Source: a virus
Taxonomy: Duplodnaviria > Caudoviricetes
IMG/VR virus record: IMGVR_UViG_2772190672_000001
Coordinates: 47,281 to 111,280 of that record
Strand: one strand, 5' to 3'
DNA: 64,000 nucleotides
Both the position numbers and the translations under genes were made by a program. Below, in pieces: positions 53,907-62,194 of this stretch (its first letter is position 1; every line of letters starts with the position of its first letter). The notes beneath the pieces were generated by a model. That model was not told the DNA's origin. It ran no database searches and was given only the letters and a program-made list of their open reading frames with translations.

Positions 53907-54381
53907 CGAGCGCCTCCATCTCCTGGCGCAGCTCCTTGGCCCGCTCGCGCATCAACTGGTCGGACAGGTGCAGGCCCTCCACGCAGCGCGCGCGCTCGCA
54001 CTCCACCCGGACCTGGCCGACCGGCTCGCGGCGGTGCTGGATACGGAAGGCGACCCGGTAGGCGCTGTCCTTGTGGCTGTACATCGGCACGTTGTCCTTG
54101 GAGAACCGGCCCCGCCAGCGGCGGTGGCCGTCCTCGATGACCACGGCCAGCTCGAAGTAGCGGCGCTCCACCTCGGCGGCCACCTCGCAGTCACCCGGCT
54201 TCACGGACCGCCGCTGCAGCTCCACGCGCACCGGCCACGGCCGCATCCCAAGGTCCTTACGGACCCGCCTCACGAACGCGGGCGCGCAGTGCAGCCGGTC
54301 CGCGATCTCGGCGTCCGGGGCGTTGTCCGTCTTCAGGGTGCGGGCGATGCTCTCCCAGCTCGCCCCGCGGCACCCGCTCAT
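53893..54381 (-). CDS. HTH plus degenerate HNH-like protein (tandem paralog)
   Basis: AYRVAFRIQHRREPVG..RVEC....CV..LHL. Confidence 0.65.
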   Translation of the reverse strand: MSGCRGASWESIARTLKTDNAPDAEIADRLHCAPAFVRRVRKDLGMRPWPVRVELQRRSVKPGDCEVAAEVERRYFELAVVIEDGHRRWRGRFSKDNVPMYSHKDSAYRVAFRIQHRREPVGQVRVECERARCVEGLHLSDQLMRERAKELRQEMEALDGRL

Positions 54382-54950
54382 GACCGCACCGCCTTCCGGC
54401 GGTTGACCCTGTAGCAGTCCGCATCGCAGTACACCTGCGCACCCCGCGACGGCACGAACTCCTCCGTGCAGCCGGGACAGGTACGGGTGTTGTCGGTGCC
54501 CCGACGCATCGTGGAGACGTGCGGGCCGACCACGAGCACTGTGCGGGGGTGCTCGGGGTCGAGCTGGACCTCGACGTACTTCGCGGTGACCTGCGAGTCG
54601 TCCACCCACAAGATGCCGTTACCGGCATCGGCCACGTGTTTGAGCATGTTGTCGCCGTCGATGAGTTGCATGGACGACCGGAAGAAGACACAGCCGAGGG
54701 AGACATTGCCGGTCAGCGGGGCCCTCCGCCACCGCTGCCGCAGCCACCACTTCGTCGTCTCTTCGGCCTGCTTGTCCGCCGGGTCCTTGTACGCGCGGCC
54801 CTCCTTGTCGAAACGCGGCCGCGCCTTGCTGTGAGGCTCGCCGGGGTAGACCGTGCCCCACAGCTCGTCCGTACGGCCGGGGGCCAGGAAGCCCCCGATG
54901 TGCTCAGCCCGCTCGCGGTCCCCCGGCCGCGCCGTTGCCGAAACGGTCAT
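54378..54950 (-). CDS. rusA: RusA-family Holliday junction resolvase
   Basis: PGEPHSKARPR...IDGDNMLKHVADAGNGILWVDDSQV. Confidence 0.85.
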   Translation of the reverse strand: MTVSATARPGDRERAEHIGGFLAPGRTDELWGTVYPGEPHSKARPRFDKEGRAYKDPADKQAEETTKWWLRQRWRRAPLTGNVSLGCVFFRSSMQLIDGDNMLKHVADAGNGILWVDDSQVTAKYVEVQLDPEHPRTVLVVGPHVSTMRRGTDNTRTCPGCTEEFVPSRGAQVYCDADCYRVNRRKAVRS

Positions 54951-55702
54951 CCCTCGCCCCCGGCCGGCTCGGGCCCCACCGGGGCGGCCGGGACGGTGAC
55001 GATGCCGCCCGGCTTGTACAGCGGTGCCGGGACACGCGGGTTGCTGACCCCGAGCAGGACCACGTCCGCGTCGTGCACCGCCGCGGTGTTCGCGTACGCG
55101 TGGAGCGTCACGCCCGGCAGCTCGTCGGCGCCCAGGCCGGTGCTGGAGTTGGCCAGCTGGTACATCGGCACGTCGACCGTCGACTCGCCGCTGCGACGAC
55201 CGAGGACGACCCGCGCCATCCGCGTCTTCTTGTCGACGTCCACGACGGTCACCGCGGTCGCCGCCCACTGCTGGACCCGGGCGTCGAGGTACAGGCGGCC
55301 GAACTGGGTCAGCCGTGGCTGGCCGCCGATCAGCTCGACGTAGCGGCGCAGCGTCAGTTGAGGCAGCAACTCGGCCTCATCGGTGACCGGCTGGTCGGTG
55401 GCGACCGTCCGCAGCAGGTTCTCGGCCGCCGCGTCGAGCGGCTTCATCTTCGCCGCGGTGACCGCGCGGATCCGCGCCATGTGCCAGGCCATCGTGCCGG
55501 GCGTCGTCTCCGCCGAGCACGGGCAGTCGGCGACCGTCGGGCGGGTCTCGTCGCTGGTGTGGCCCTCGCAGCGGCTCACGTCCGCACGGCCGCGCTCGCA
55601 CAGGGCTGCCGAGCAGCACGGGCAGTTGGGGCAGTCGGCCTGCTTCGGCCGCACGTACTCGGGACCGAACGGCTCGTGGAAGGTGCCCTCTTCGTAGGTC
55701 AT
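54947..55702 (-). CDS. Hypothetical protein
   Basis: CPNCPCCSAALC N-terminal motif; AGGA RBS. Confidence 0.7.
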   Translation of the reverse strand: MTYEEGTFHEPFGPEYVRPKQADCPNCPCCSAALCERGRADVSRCEGHTSDETRPTVADCPCSAETTPGTMAWHMARIRAVTAAKMKPLDAAAENLLRTVATDQPVTDEAELLPQLTLRRYVELIGGQPRLTQFGRLYLDARVQQWAATAVTVVDVDKKTRMARVVLGRRSGESTVDVPMYQLANSSTGLGADELPGVTLHAYANTAAVHDADVVLLGVSNPRVPAPLYKPGGIVTVPAAPVGPEPAGGEG

Positions 55703-55777
55703 GGGATGTCCTGCCTGGCGATGGGGAGAGTGGTGGCGGCCGCCGCCCAGGACGCCCGGGCGGCGGCCGGGGGCCTG

Positions 55778-56503
55778 TCAGGCCGTGGAGGCCGAGGCCG
55801 GGAGGAGCGGCCAGTCGAACGGCGAGTCATCGACCTCGCCGCCGATGCTGGCCAGGTACTCGCGGAACTCCGCGTTCTGCTCCCGCGCCCACCGGGCCTG
55901 CAGCTCGTGCAGCTCCCCCAGCTCCTCGCGGGTCAGCCACGAATACCGGCGAGCGATCTTCGTGACGACGCCGCACGCGGCCTTGGCGTCCACCGCCGCG
56001 TTGTGCGCGCCGTCGAGCTTCACGCACCAGAAAGAGCAGAGGTCCTGCAGACGCCGCTTGCCCTTGCGGTACTTCTGGACCTTCTTGTCCAGCACGCGCG
56101 GGTCCAGAACGACCGGCGTCGAGTTCCACAGGCTCTTGACGCCGTGCCGCTCGCACTCGCGCTCCAGCAGCGTCAGGTCGAACGGCGCGTTCATCACCAC
56201 CAGCGGCAGGCCGACGTCGCAGTAGGCGGCCAGGGCCGAGGTGATCTCCTGGATCACATCGGCGGCCGGGCGGCCCTCGGCCTGGGCCTGCGCCGTGGTG
56301 ATGCCGTGGATACGGGTCGCCTCCGCGGGGATCTCCACCCCGTCGAGGTTCGACAGCCACGTCCGCGTCTCGGTCGTCTGCCCGCCGCCGTAGCGGACCA
56401 CGGCGGCCGACACGATCCGGTCCCGGGCGACGTCGACGCCCGTGGTCTCCAGATCGAAGCCGATCAGCGGGAAGTCCAGCCAGGTCTTTCGCATATCGGT
56501 CAC
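55778..56503 (-). CDS. DEDDh 3'-5' exonuclease (DnaQ-like)
   Basis: FDLETTG, HGIT, NAPFDL, AHNAAVDA. Confidence 0.92.
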   Translation of the reverse strand: MTDMRKTWLDFPLIGFDLETTGVDVARDRIVSAAVVRYGGGQTTETRTWLSNLDGVEIPAEATRIHGITTAQAQAEGRPAADVIQEITSALAAYCDVGLPLVVMNAPFDLTLLERECERHGVKSLWNSTPVVLDPRVLDKKVQKYRKGKRRLQDLCSFWCVKLDGAHNAAVDAKAACGVVTKIARRYSWLTREELGELHELQARWAREQNAEFREYLASIGGEVDDSPFDWPLLPASASTA

Positions 56504-57504
56504 TTCCGTCCCTTGCGGGCCGCCCGCGTCGAACGACGGGGCTGCCTGCGCTTCTTGAGAGGCCGCGCCTTCGCGGGGGCCGGGGGAATGTCCTGGGACG
56601 CCTCCGCGGCGGTGTGGGCCCGCTCCGCCTCGACGAGGAGCCGGGCGGCCTCGGTGTCGGGGGCGTGCAGGATCTGCACCTGGCCCCGGTCGCCGGCGTC
56701 GTCGGCGTCGGCCAGCGCCCGCAGCTCGGCGGACTTCGGCACGACCCGGATCAGGCGGCGGATCGCACTCTTCTCCCACATCCGCTGGAAGAAGCGGTGC
56801 CAGTACGAGTCACGAGCCTCGGTCTCCTCGGCCCGCCGGTACGACTCGCTGTACTCGTCGCGGATCTCCTCGGCGTCCTCCCGCGTCAGCAGGATCACCT
56901 GGGAGCGCGCGCCGTTCTTGAGCCACGCGTACGCGTACGCGATGACGACCTCGCCGCGCTCTTTCTGCGACAGCCGCAGGTTCGGCCGGTGCACGAAATC
57001 CTCGGGCGCCTTCGCGGTCGGCACGTAGTCGAACTCGTCTTGCTCGCGGATCACGCCGACGTGCACCGACTCCACCAGGCCCGAGCGGTACATCAACTCG
57101 ATGTAGCCCTGGTACATCGGCACGAAAGCCGCAGTGGTGCCCTGCCGGGTGATGGCGGCCTGGTGACCGTCCGGGATCAGCCCGAACCGCGCGCAGGTCA
57201 ACAGCGTCTGCAGCACACTCGCCGGCTTGCACTTCGCCAGCGTCGGCAGCACCGAGCGGACGGCCGCGAAGAACGCGGCACTGTCCACGCAGGCGGGCAG
57301 GGCCCCCTCGAAGTGGCTGCGGTAGACGTTCAGCCACTCCATCACCGTGGCGGACATGGCGGGCTCAACCTGCTCGTGGCCCTTGATGTCCACGAGCTCG
57401 GCCGGGGAGTCCGGCGCCTGGCCGTGCTCCTCACCCGGCCCCGCCGAGGCCGGGATGCTCGCCTGACGGGCGGCGCGCAGACGGTCCTTCAGTGCGGTGC
57501 TCAT
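56500..57504 (-). CDS. recT: RecT-family single-strand annealing protein
   Basis: CARFGLIP...PMYQGYIELMYRSG...MWEKSAIRRLIRVVPKS. Confidence 0.9.
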   Translation of the reverse strand: MSTALKDRLRAARQASIPASAGPGEEHGQAPDSPAELVDIKGHEQVEPAMSATVMEWLNVYRSHFEGALPACVDSAAFFAAVRSVLPTLAKCKPASVLQTLLTCARFGLIPDGHQAAITRQGTTAAFVPMYQGYIELMYRSGLVESVHVGVIREQDEFDYVPTAKAPEDFVHRPNLRLSQKERGEVVIAYAYAWLKNGARSQVILLTREDAEEIRDEYSESYRRAEETEARDSYWHRFFQRMWEKSAIRRLIRVVPKSAELRALADADDAGDRGQVQILHAPDTEAARLLVEAERAHTAAEASQDIPPAPAKARPLKKRRQPRRSTRAARKGRK

Positions 57505-58586
57505 GCTGATCCCTTCACGGAGGGCCGCAGCTGCCGGGCCCGGAACTCGGTGTAAACGGCCTTGTCAGGACCGGACTTGAGGGCGTCGACGTCGAGGACA
57601 TCGACCGTCTTGCGGTACTTCGCAGCGATGTCGGGACGGGCCTTCTCGAGCCGCTTGGGCGCGAGGGTGCCGTTCTGCTTGTTCGTCCAGACGACCTCGC
57701 CGCTGGCGTTGCGGACGATCTCGTTCGCACCGGCGAGCAGCCGCATCTCGTTCTGAATCGTGCGGCGGGCCTCCTCGGCTGCCTTGACCGCCGCGTCTGC
57801 CGCCTCGAAGCGCTCCAGGATCGCCTTCGCCTGGTCGTCGTCCACCGTGGCGATCGACTCGGGCTTGACCTCCCACAGTTGGGCGAGGAGGTTCGCGGTG
57901 TCCTCCAGGCCGTCAGCGACCGGCGGGAAGCCCTCCACGATGTGCCGCTGGTACCACTGCTCGCAGTGCTCGACCAGCTCGCCGATGATCTCCTCGTCCC
58001 GCTCCAGCCGGAACCAGCGGAGCTTGTTGCCGCCGACCAGACCGGCGACGTAGCCGTGCTTCCAGCCGCCGACCGCCATCGCCCAGTAGCACTGGATCGC
58101 GGGGGCGTCGGGCGGGGTCTCGCCGTCCCAGTCCTTGATCTGGTACTCGCTGCGGTTCTTACACTCCACCGGAGCCACCACGGCGCCGGTGTCGTCCAGG
58201 GCGTACCTGTCGACGTTGACCTGCATCCACGGCCGCTCCAGGTTCTGCAGCGTGCCGGGCGGCATCGCGATCGGCACCCCGGACCGCTTCGAGAACAGGT
58301 GGGCGATGAAGCCCTCGATCTCGCGGCCGACCTCGGCGTACTCGGTGTCCTGATCGACCGTCCGCCCGTGCTTCTCCTCGTACACGCGGCGCGGGGAGTT
58401 GTACTTCCCGGCGAGGCCGAACAGGGCGGCGACGTCAGAGCCGCCGATGCCGTCGCGGCGGGTGGCCAGCCACCTCCGGTAGTACTCGGGGTCGTCCAGC
58501 GAACCGGACGGCAGGATCAGCCGCGCGGCCGGGGCGTCCGGCAGACCCGCGGTGGCGTCCTCGCGCGTGAGGGTTGCTGTAGTCAC
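57501..58586 (-). CDS. YqaJ/lambda-exonuclease-family recombinase partner
   Basis: WLATRRDGIGGSDVAA...VNVDR...VECKN...IQCYWAMAV. Confidence 0.92.
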   Translation of the reverse strand: MTTATLTREDATAGLPDAPAARLILPSGSLDDPEYYRRWLATRRDGIGGSDVAALFGLAGKYNSPRRVYEEKHGRTVDQDTEYAEVGREIEGFIAHLFSKRSGVPIAMPPGTLQNLERPWMQVNVDRYALDDTGAVVAPVECKNRSEYQIKDWDGETPPDAPAIQCYWAMAVGGWKHGYVAGLVGGNKLRWFRLERDEEIIGELVEHCEQWYQRHIVEGFPPVADGLEDTANLLAQLWEVKPESIATVDDDQAKAILERFEAADAAVKAAEEARRTIQNEMRLLAGANEIVRNASGEVVWTNKQNGTLAPKRLEKARPDIAAKYRKTVDVLDVDALKSGPDKAVYTEFRARQLRPSVKGSA

Positions 58587-59446
58587 CTGCGCCGCCCCCT
58601 CTCGTGGTTACCGGGGCGGATCGGACCGTCGACCCACGCGCCGGCCCTGCCGGTCTTCAGCGCCTCCTCGTCCTGGCTGTTGAGGTAGAGCAGGGCCGAC
58701 CGCGCAGACACGTTGGACCGGCCCATGAGGACCCGGTGGAACGCGGCCACCTCGACGGCCGCCGCTTTGTGCCCGGCCTCCTCCAGCAGCTCCACTGCCG
58801 TATGCGCGCTGACCCGGACGTTCTCCTCGACTGCGCGGGCAAGCAGGTTGACGGCGGCTTCGTAACGACCACCCGGCACGCCACGCAGCGACTTCCTGCC
58901 GTCGCCGGCCGCCCTGCGGGTGGAAAGCCGATGGGCCTCAGCGATCACGCCGGGGTAGGTGTCCCGGTGCCCGCACGCGTTGTCCCAGGCGTCACGGACC
59001 AGGTGGACGCCGTCGCGGACGAACCGGTCGTTGCGTAGCTCGCCCCGCGGACCCCCGCACGCCGGGCAGTACGGGTAGATCTCCACCGCCCGGATGCGCA
59101 CGCCCGAGTAGCCAGGCTGGCTGCCGTAGTCCGGCACCCGCACCCACAGGGACTCGGGCATCGGCTTCGTCTCGACGCCGATGATGTAGCGCACCCAGAC
59201 GGCAGCGTTTCCGCCGGCGAGGTGAGCTGCGTATGTCTCGTAGGCCGCCTGGGGCTGGTACGAGCGGATCCGCCCGTCGCGGATCATGCGGACAACGTGC
59301 TCTGCGGCCTGGCCGGTGCGGTAGTCGTTGCAGTGCAGCCATTGACCGGGGTGCGTCTGGGCGTCGGCGGCAACGGCCAGGTGGTCAAGGCCGTTCGGCT
59401 TGCGCGGCGCGTCCTTGCGGGGCCGTGGGGCCCTACTCCTGGTCAC
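58583..59446 (-). CDS. Hypothetical protein
   Basis: CPACGGPRG...WDNACGH.D. Confidence 0.6.
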   Translation of the reverse strand: MTRSRAPRPRKDAPRKPNGLDHLAVAADAQTHPGQWLHCNDYRTGQAAEHVVRMIRDGRIRSYQPQAAYETYAAHLAGGNAAVWVRYIIGVETKPMPESLWVRVPDYGSQPGYSGVRIRAVEIYPYCPACGGPRGELRNDRFVRDGVHLVRDAWDNACGHRDTYPGVIAEAHRLSTRRAAGDGRKSLRGVPGGRYEAAVNLLARAVEENVRVSAHTAVELLEEAGHKAAAVEVAAFHRVLMGRSNVSARSALLYLNSQDEEALKTGRAGAWVDGPIRPGNHERGRRR

Positions 59447-59573
59447 TTCACGTCTCCGTTCTCCGAGCTGACGCGCGGACCGGGCAGCGGATGTGCGGCC
59501 AGTGCCTTGCGGGCCGCCCGCGACGAGGGATGCCGCAGCGGGGCACACAGGGGGCAGAGGTTCGACTTGTGGC

Positions 59574-59717
59574 TCACGACAGATCACCGCCCCTGCGGGG
59601 GTGAGGGACCCGCGCGCCGTGCGCGGATCGGTCGGTGCGCGCCCGGCCGACGACGATGGAGACCACCAGAAGGAGGAAGCACGCAGCCATCAGGCCGAGG
59701 ATCAGCTCGTCCCTCAC
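59574..59717 (-). CDS. Small TM peptide
   Basis: GGAGG RBS; LILGLMAACFLLLVVSIVV. Confidence 0.45.
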   Translation of the reverse strand: MRDELILGLMAACFLLLVVSIVVGRARTDRSAHGARVPHPRRGGDLS

Positions 59718-60106
59718 CGGCCACCTCCGCCTGGGAGGCAGACCAGCTCGCCGAGCGAGCGGGAGGCGAACAGCTCGCGCAGGTCGGCGGAGGTCAGGCC
59801 GTGGTCGTCGGGCAGCGGGTAGCTCGCCCACGCCTCGACGTTCACGCCGTCGAAGGAGGTGACGAGCTGGGCGACGCCCTGACGGTCGTCACCCCGGTTC
59901 AGGACAGAGCGGATGACCGTGCCGCCCATCGCCGCAGCGCAGACGTCGATGATCTCGCCCTGGCCGGACTCGGCGACCTGGCGGGCGCTCAGCACGCCCG
60001 GCGTCTCGCCGACGGTCCACACGAGCCCGGTCAACTGCGGGTGTTGGACGAGGAGGTGAGCGAGCGCCACGGCTGGCGCCTGCTCGGGGCTAACATGCGG
60101 GTTCAC
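59714..60106 (-). CDS. Hypothetical protein
   Basis: ORF track; GAGG RBS. Confidence 0.6.
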   Translation of the reverse strand: MNPHVSPEQAPAVALAHLLVQHPQLTGLVWTVGETPGVLSARQVAESGQGEIIDVCAAAMGGTVIRSVLNRGDDRQGVAQLVTSFDGVNVEAWASYPLPDDHGLTSADLRELFASRSLGELVCLPGGGGR

Positions 60107-60188
60107 GGAAACCTCGATTCAGCGGATTGAGGTGGCCTGGTTCGCGGGGCTGTCGGACCCGGCACGGTCTGGCGGCCCCGCAGCCGCA

Positions 60189-60515
60189 TCACTTCGCGGC
60201 AGTTCTGCGCCCGGACGGCTTGATGGATCGCAGCGTCGGAACGGGCTCGGTCTTCTCGGAGTCGTTGGGCTGCAAGGCGGCCCGCACGGACTCCGGGATG
60301 ACGGTGAACATCTGGAGAATCAGCCGCAGGTCGCAGTCGCAGAAGACCGTCGATTCGCCGATCTTGATGTGCGGCAGCGTGCTGATGTGGCGCTCGAGGT
60401 ACGACTTCTTGCAGCCGAGCTTCTCGGCCGCCTGGTCGTAGTCGAAGCATTGGACCGCCACGCACGTGCAGTGCGGGCGCCGGACGCCGGCCAGAGGTCG
60501 GATCGCCGTCGTCAT
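60189..60515 (-). CDS. Excisionase-like HTH protein
   Basis: FDYDQAAEKLGCKKSYL...LPHIKIG....F...DL. Confidence 0.7.
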   Translation of the reverse strand: MTTAIRPLAGVRRPHCTCVAVQCFDYDQAAEKLGCKKSYLERHISTLPHIKIGESTVFCDCDLRLILQMFTVIPESVRAALQPNDSEKTEPVPTLRSIKPSGRRTAAK

Positions 60516-60775
60516 GCCGGTACCGCCTCGGGGGCGGCCTGGCCGGGCACTCGCAGCGGGGTTCCGTCCGAGCGGATGACCAGGTCCTCGATGCGCAGCC
60601 CGTAGGCGTCGGACAGGGCGATCAGCGTCTCGACCGTCGGCGTCGCGCCGGCGAGCAGCCGGGAGATGGTCGACTCGGCGACACCGATCCGCTGCGCGAT
60701 CTTGCGAGCGGTGTCGTCACCGACCTTTTCCGTCTTCTTCTCCAGAGCTTGCGTGTGAAGGCGGGGCCTGGACAC
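60512..60775 (-). CDS. Cro-like XRE HTH protein
   Basis: KIAQRIGVAESTISRLLAG.TPTVETL..LSDAYG; GAGGAG RBS. Confidence 0.85.
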   Translation of the reverse strand: MSRPRLHTQALEKKTEKVGDDTARKIAQRIGVAESTISRLLAGATPTVETLIALSDAYGLRIEDLVIRSDGTPLRVPGQAAPEAVPA

Positions 60776-60797
60776 GTTCACTCCTCTCACGTTGAGG

Positions 60798-60978
60798 CTT
60801 GCGCGGACGCAAGCCTTGCGTGAGAGACAACCTAGAGCCTGTCTTGCGCGCACGCAAGACAGATCAAAAAATGGATTCCGGGTGTGTCGTTCCGGCGCGA
60901 ACACCCCCGCGCACTACCCCACTGGCCTGCATGTATCCGATTCCCCCGTCTTGACCTGCGGGCTTGCGTGCGCGCAAG
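60798..60978. promoter_or_regulatory. Immunity operators CTTGCG-N4-CGCAAG
   Basis: Perfect copies at 60798-60813, 60843-60858 and 60963-60978, with weaker copies nearby. Confidence 0.8.
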
Positions 60979-61018
60979 CCGTAGACCCTGGCTCGCGCGC
61001 ACGTTAACCTCGGGGGCC

Positions 61019-61501
61019 ATGCGGAGCATGGAAGATCAAACGGATCAGGTAGCAAGGCGCTTCGGCGCCCTGGTTACCGAATACGCACAGCGGGCCGGGT
61101 ACGACGTGAGACCTGGCGGAGGAGGCCGCGCCGCCTTGGCGCGCGACCTCGGCATGAGCCAGTCGGCCGTCGGCCGGTTCCTGGACGGAAAAAGCCTGCC
61201 TCATCCCCAGAAATTTGCATCTATCGCACAAATCCTCAGCATTGATGTGCGCAACCTTTTGGTTGAAGCGGGAGTCATCTCCGCCAATGCATGGCCTGAA
61301 GGCGCCACTCCGGATGTACTCTCGGTTACTCCACAGTCACAACCGCTCACTCCAGAGGCGGCGATGGACGCCTGGGGTATCCGAGACGCGATGATCCGCA
61401 GCATGCTGCTGTCGCAGATCCACACCGCACGACAGCTGCAAGCGAGGCAGGCCGGAGAGGACGGCGACTCCAGCGAGGGAGGCGCCGCAGCAAGGGGGTA
61501 A
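61019..61501 (+). CDS. CI-like XRE repressor
   Basis: AALARDLGMSQSAVGRFLDGKSLP; divergent from Cro. Confidence 0.85.
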   Translation: MRSMEDQTDQVARRFGALVTEYAQRAGYDVRPGGGGRAALARDLGMSQSAVGRFLDGKSLPHPQKFASIAQILSIDVRNLLVEAGVISANAWPEGATPDVLSVTPQSQPLTPEAAMDAWGIRDAMIRSMLLSQIHTARQLQARQAGEDGDSSEGGAAARG

Positions 61502-61506
61502 CGGGG

Positions 61507-62145
61507 ATGCCGGGAAAGACCGCAGCAAGCGCCGTGGGGGGATTCGCCGCCGGTCTGCTACTCGCAGTAGCCGACATTGACGGCATCTCGACCGACGACA
61601 TCTCAGGAAAACTGCTGCTGGTCGGACTCCTGTTTCTCCCAGCCAGCATCGTCACCGCGGTCGCCATGACGGCGCTACGCCGGTGGCTCGCAGCCGAAGA
61701 CGCGCGTCGCAGACGGGACGTCGAGAACCTCACCGAACAACGCCGACTGCTTCGGTGGGACTTCAACCGCCGCTCCAGAGAACTGGACGAGCGCGAGGAC
61801 CGGCTAAATCGTCTCTCCGAGTCTGACCAGGACTCATACCGGCGTCTCGTCATTCGCCTTGATCAGGCATACACCGAGATCGCCGAGCTGCAGCACGCCT
61901 ACAAACTCCTGGAGGAGGAGAACGAGGAGCTGTGCAGCGACTTCACCGGCCTGGTGATGGGCCACATGCAGGAGCGCGCTGACAACTTCTCCCGGCGTCA
62001 GCGCACTTCGTCGCGCCGCCCGGCACTGCCCGAGCGGCAGCGGGCTCGGGCGGAAGGCACCGTGCCGAAGATCCCACGCTCGCGCCGGATCCAACGGCAG
62101 CCGCAGGACGAGCCGCAGCACCACAGCCGGCCCGCCGAAGGCTAA
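61507..62145 (+). CDS. Membrane protein with coiled coil, likely co-transcribed with the repressor
   Basis: Two N-terminal hydrophobic helices and a heptad-rich region. Confidence 0.7.
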   Translation: MPGKTAASAVGGFAAGLLLAVADIDGISTDDISGKLLLVGLLFLPASIVTAVAMTALRRWLAAEDARRRRDVENLTEQRRLLRWDFNRRSRELDEREDRLNRLSESDQDSYRRLVIRLDQAYTEIAELQHAYKLLEEENEELCSDFTGLVMGHMQERADNFSRRQRTSSRRPALPERQRARAEGTVPKIPRSRRIQRQPQDEPQHHSRPAEG

Positions 62146-62194
62146 CGCGAGCAACACCGGAGCCCCCACGGGGGCCCCTTCGGTTTGCCTCAGG

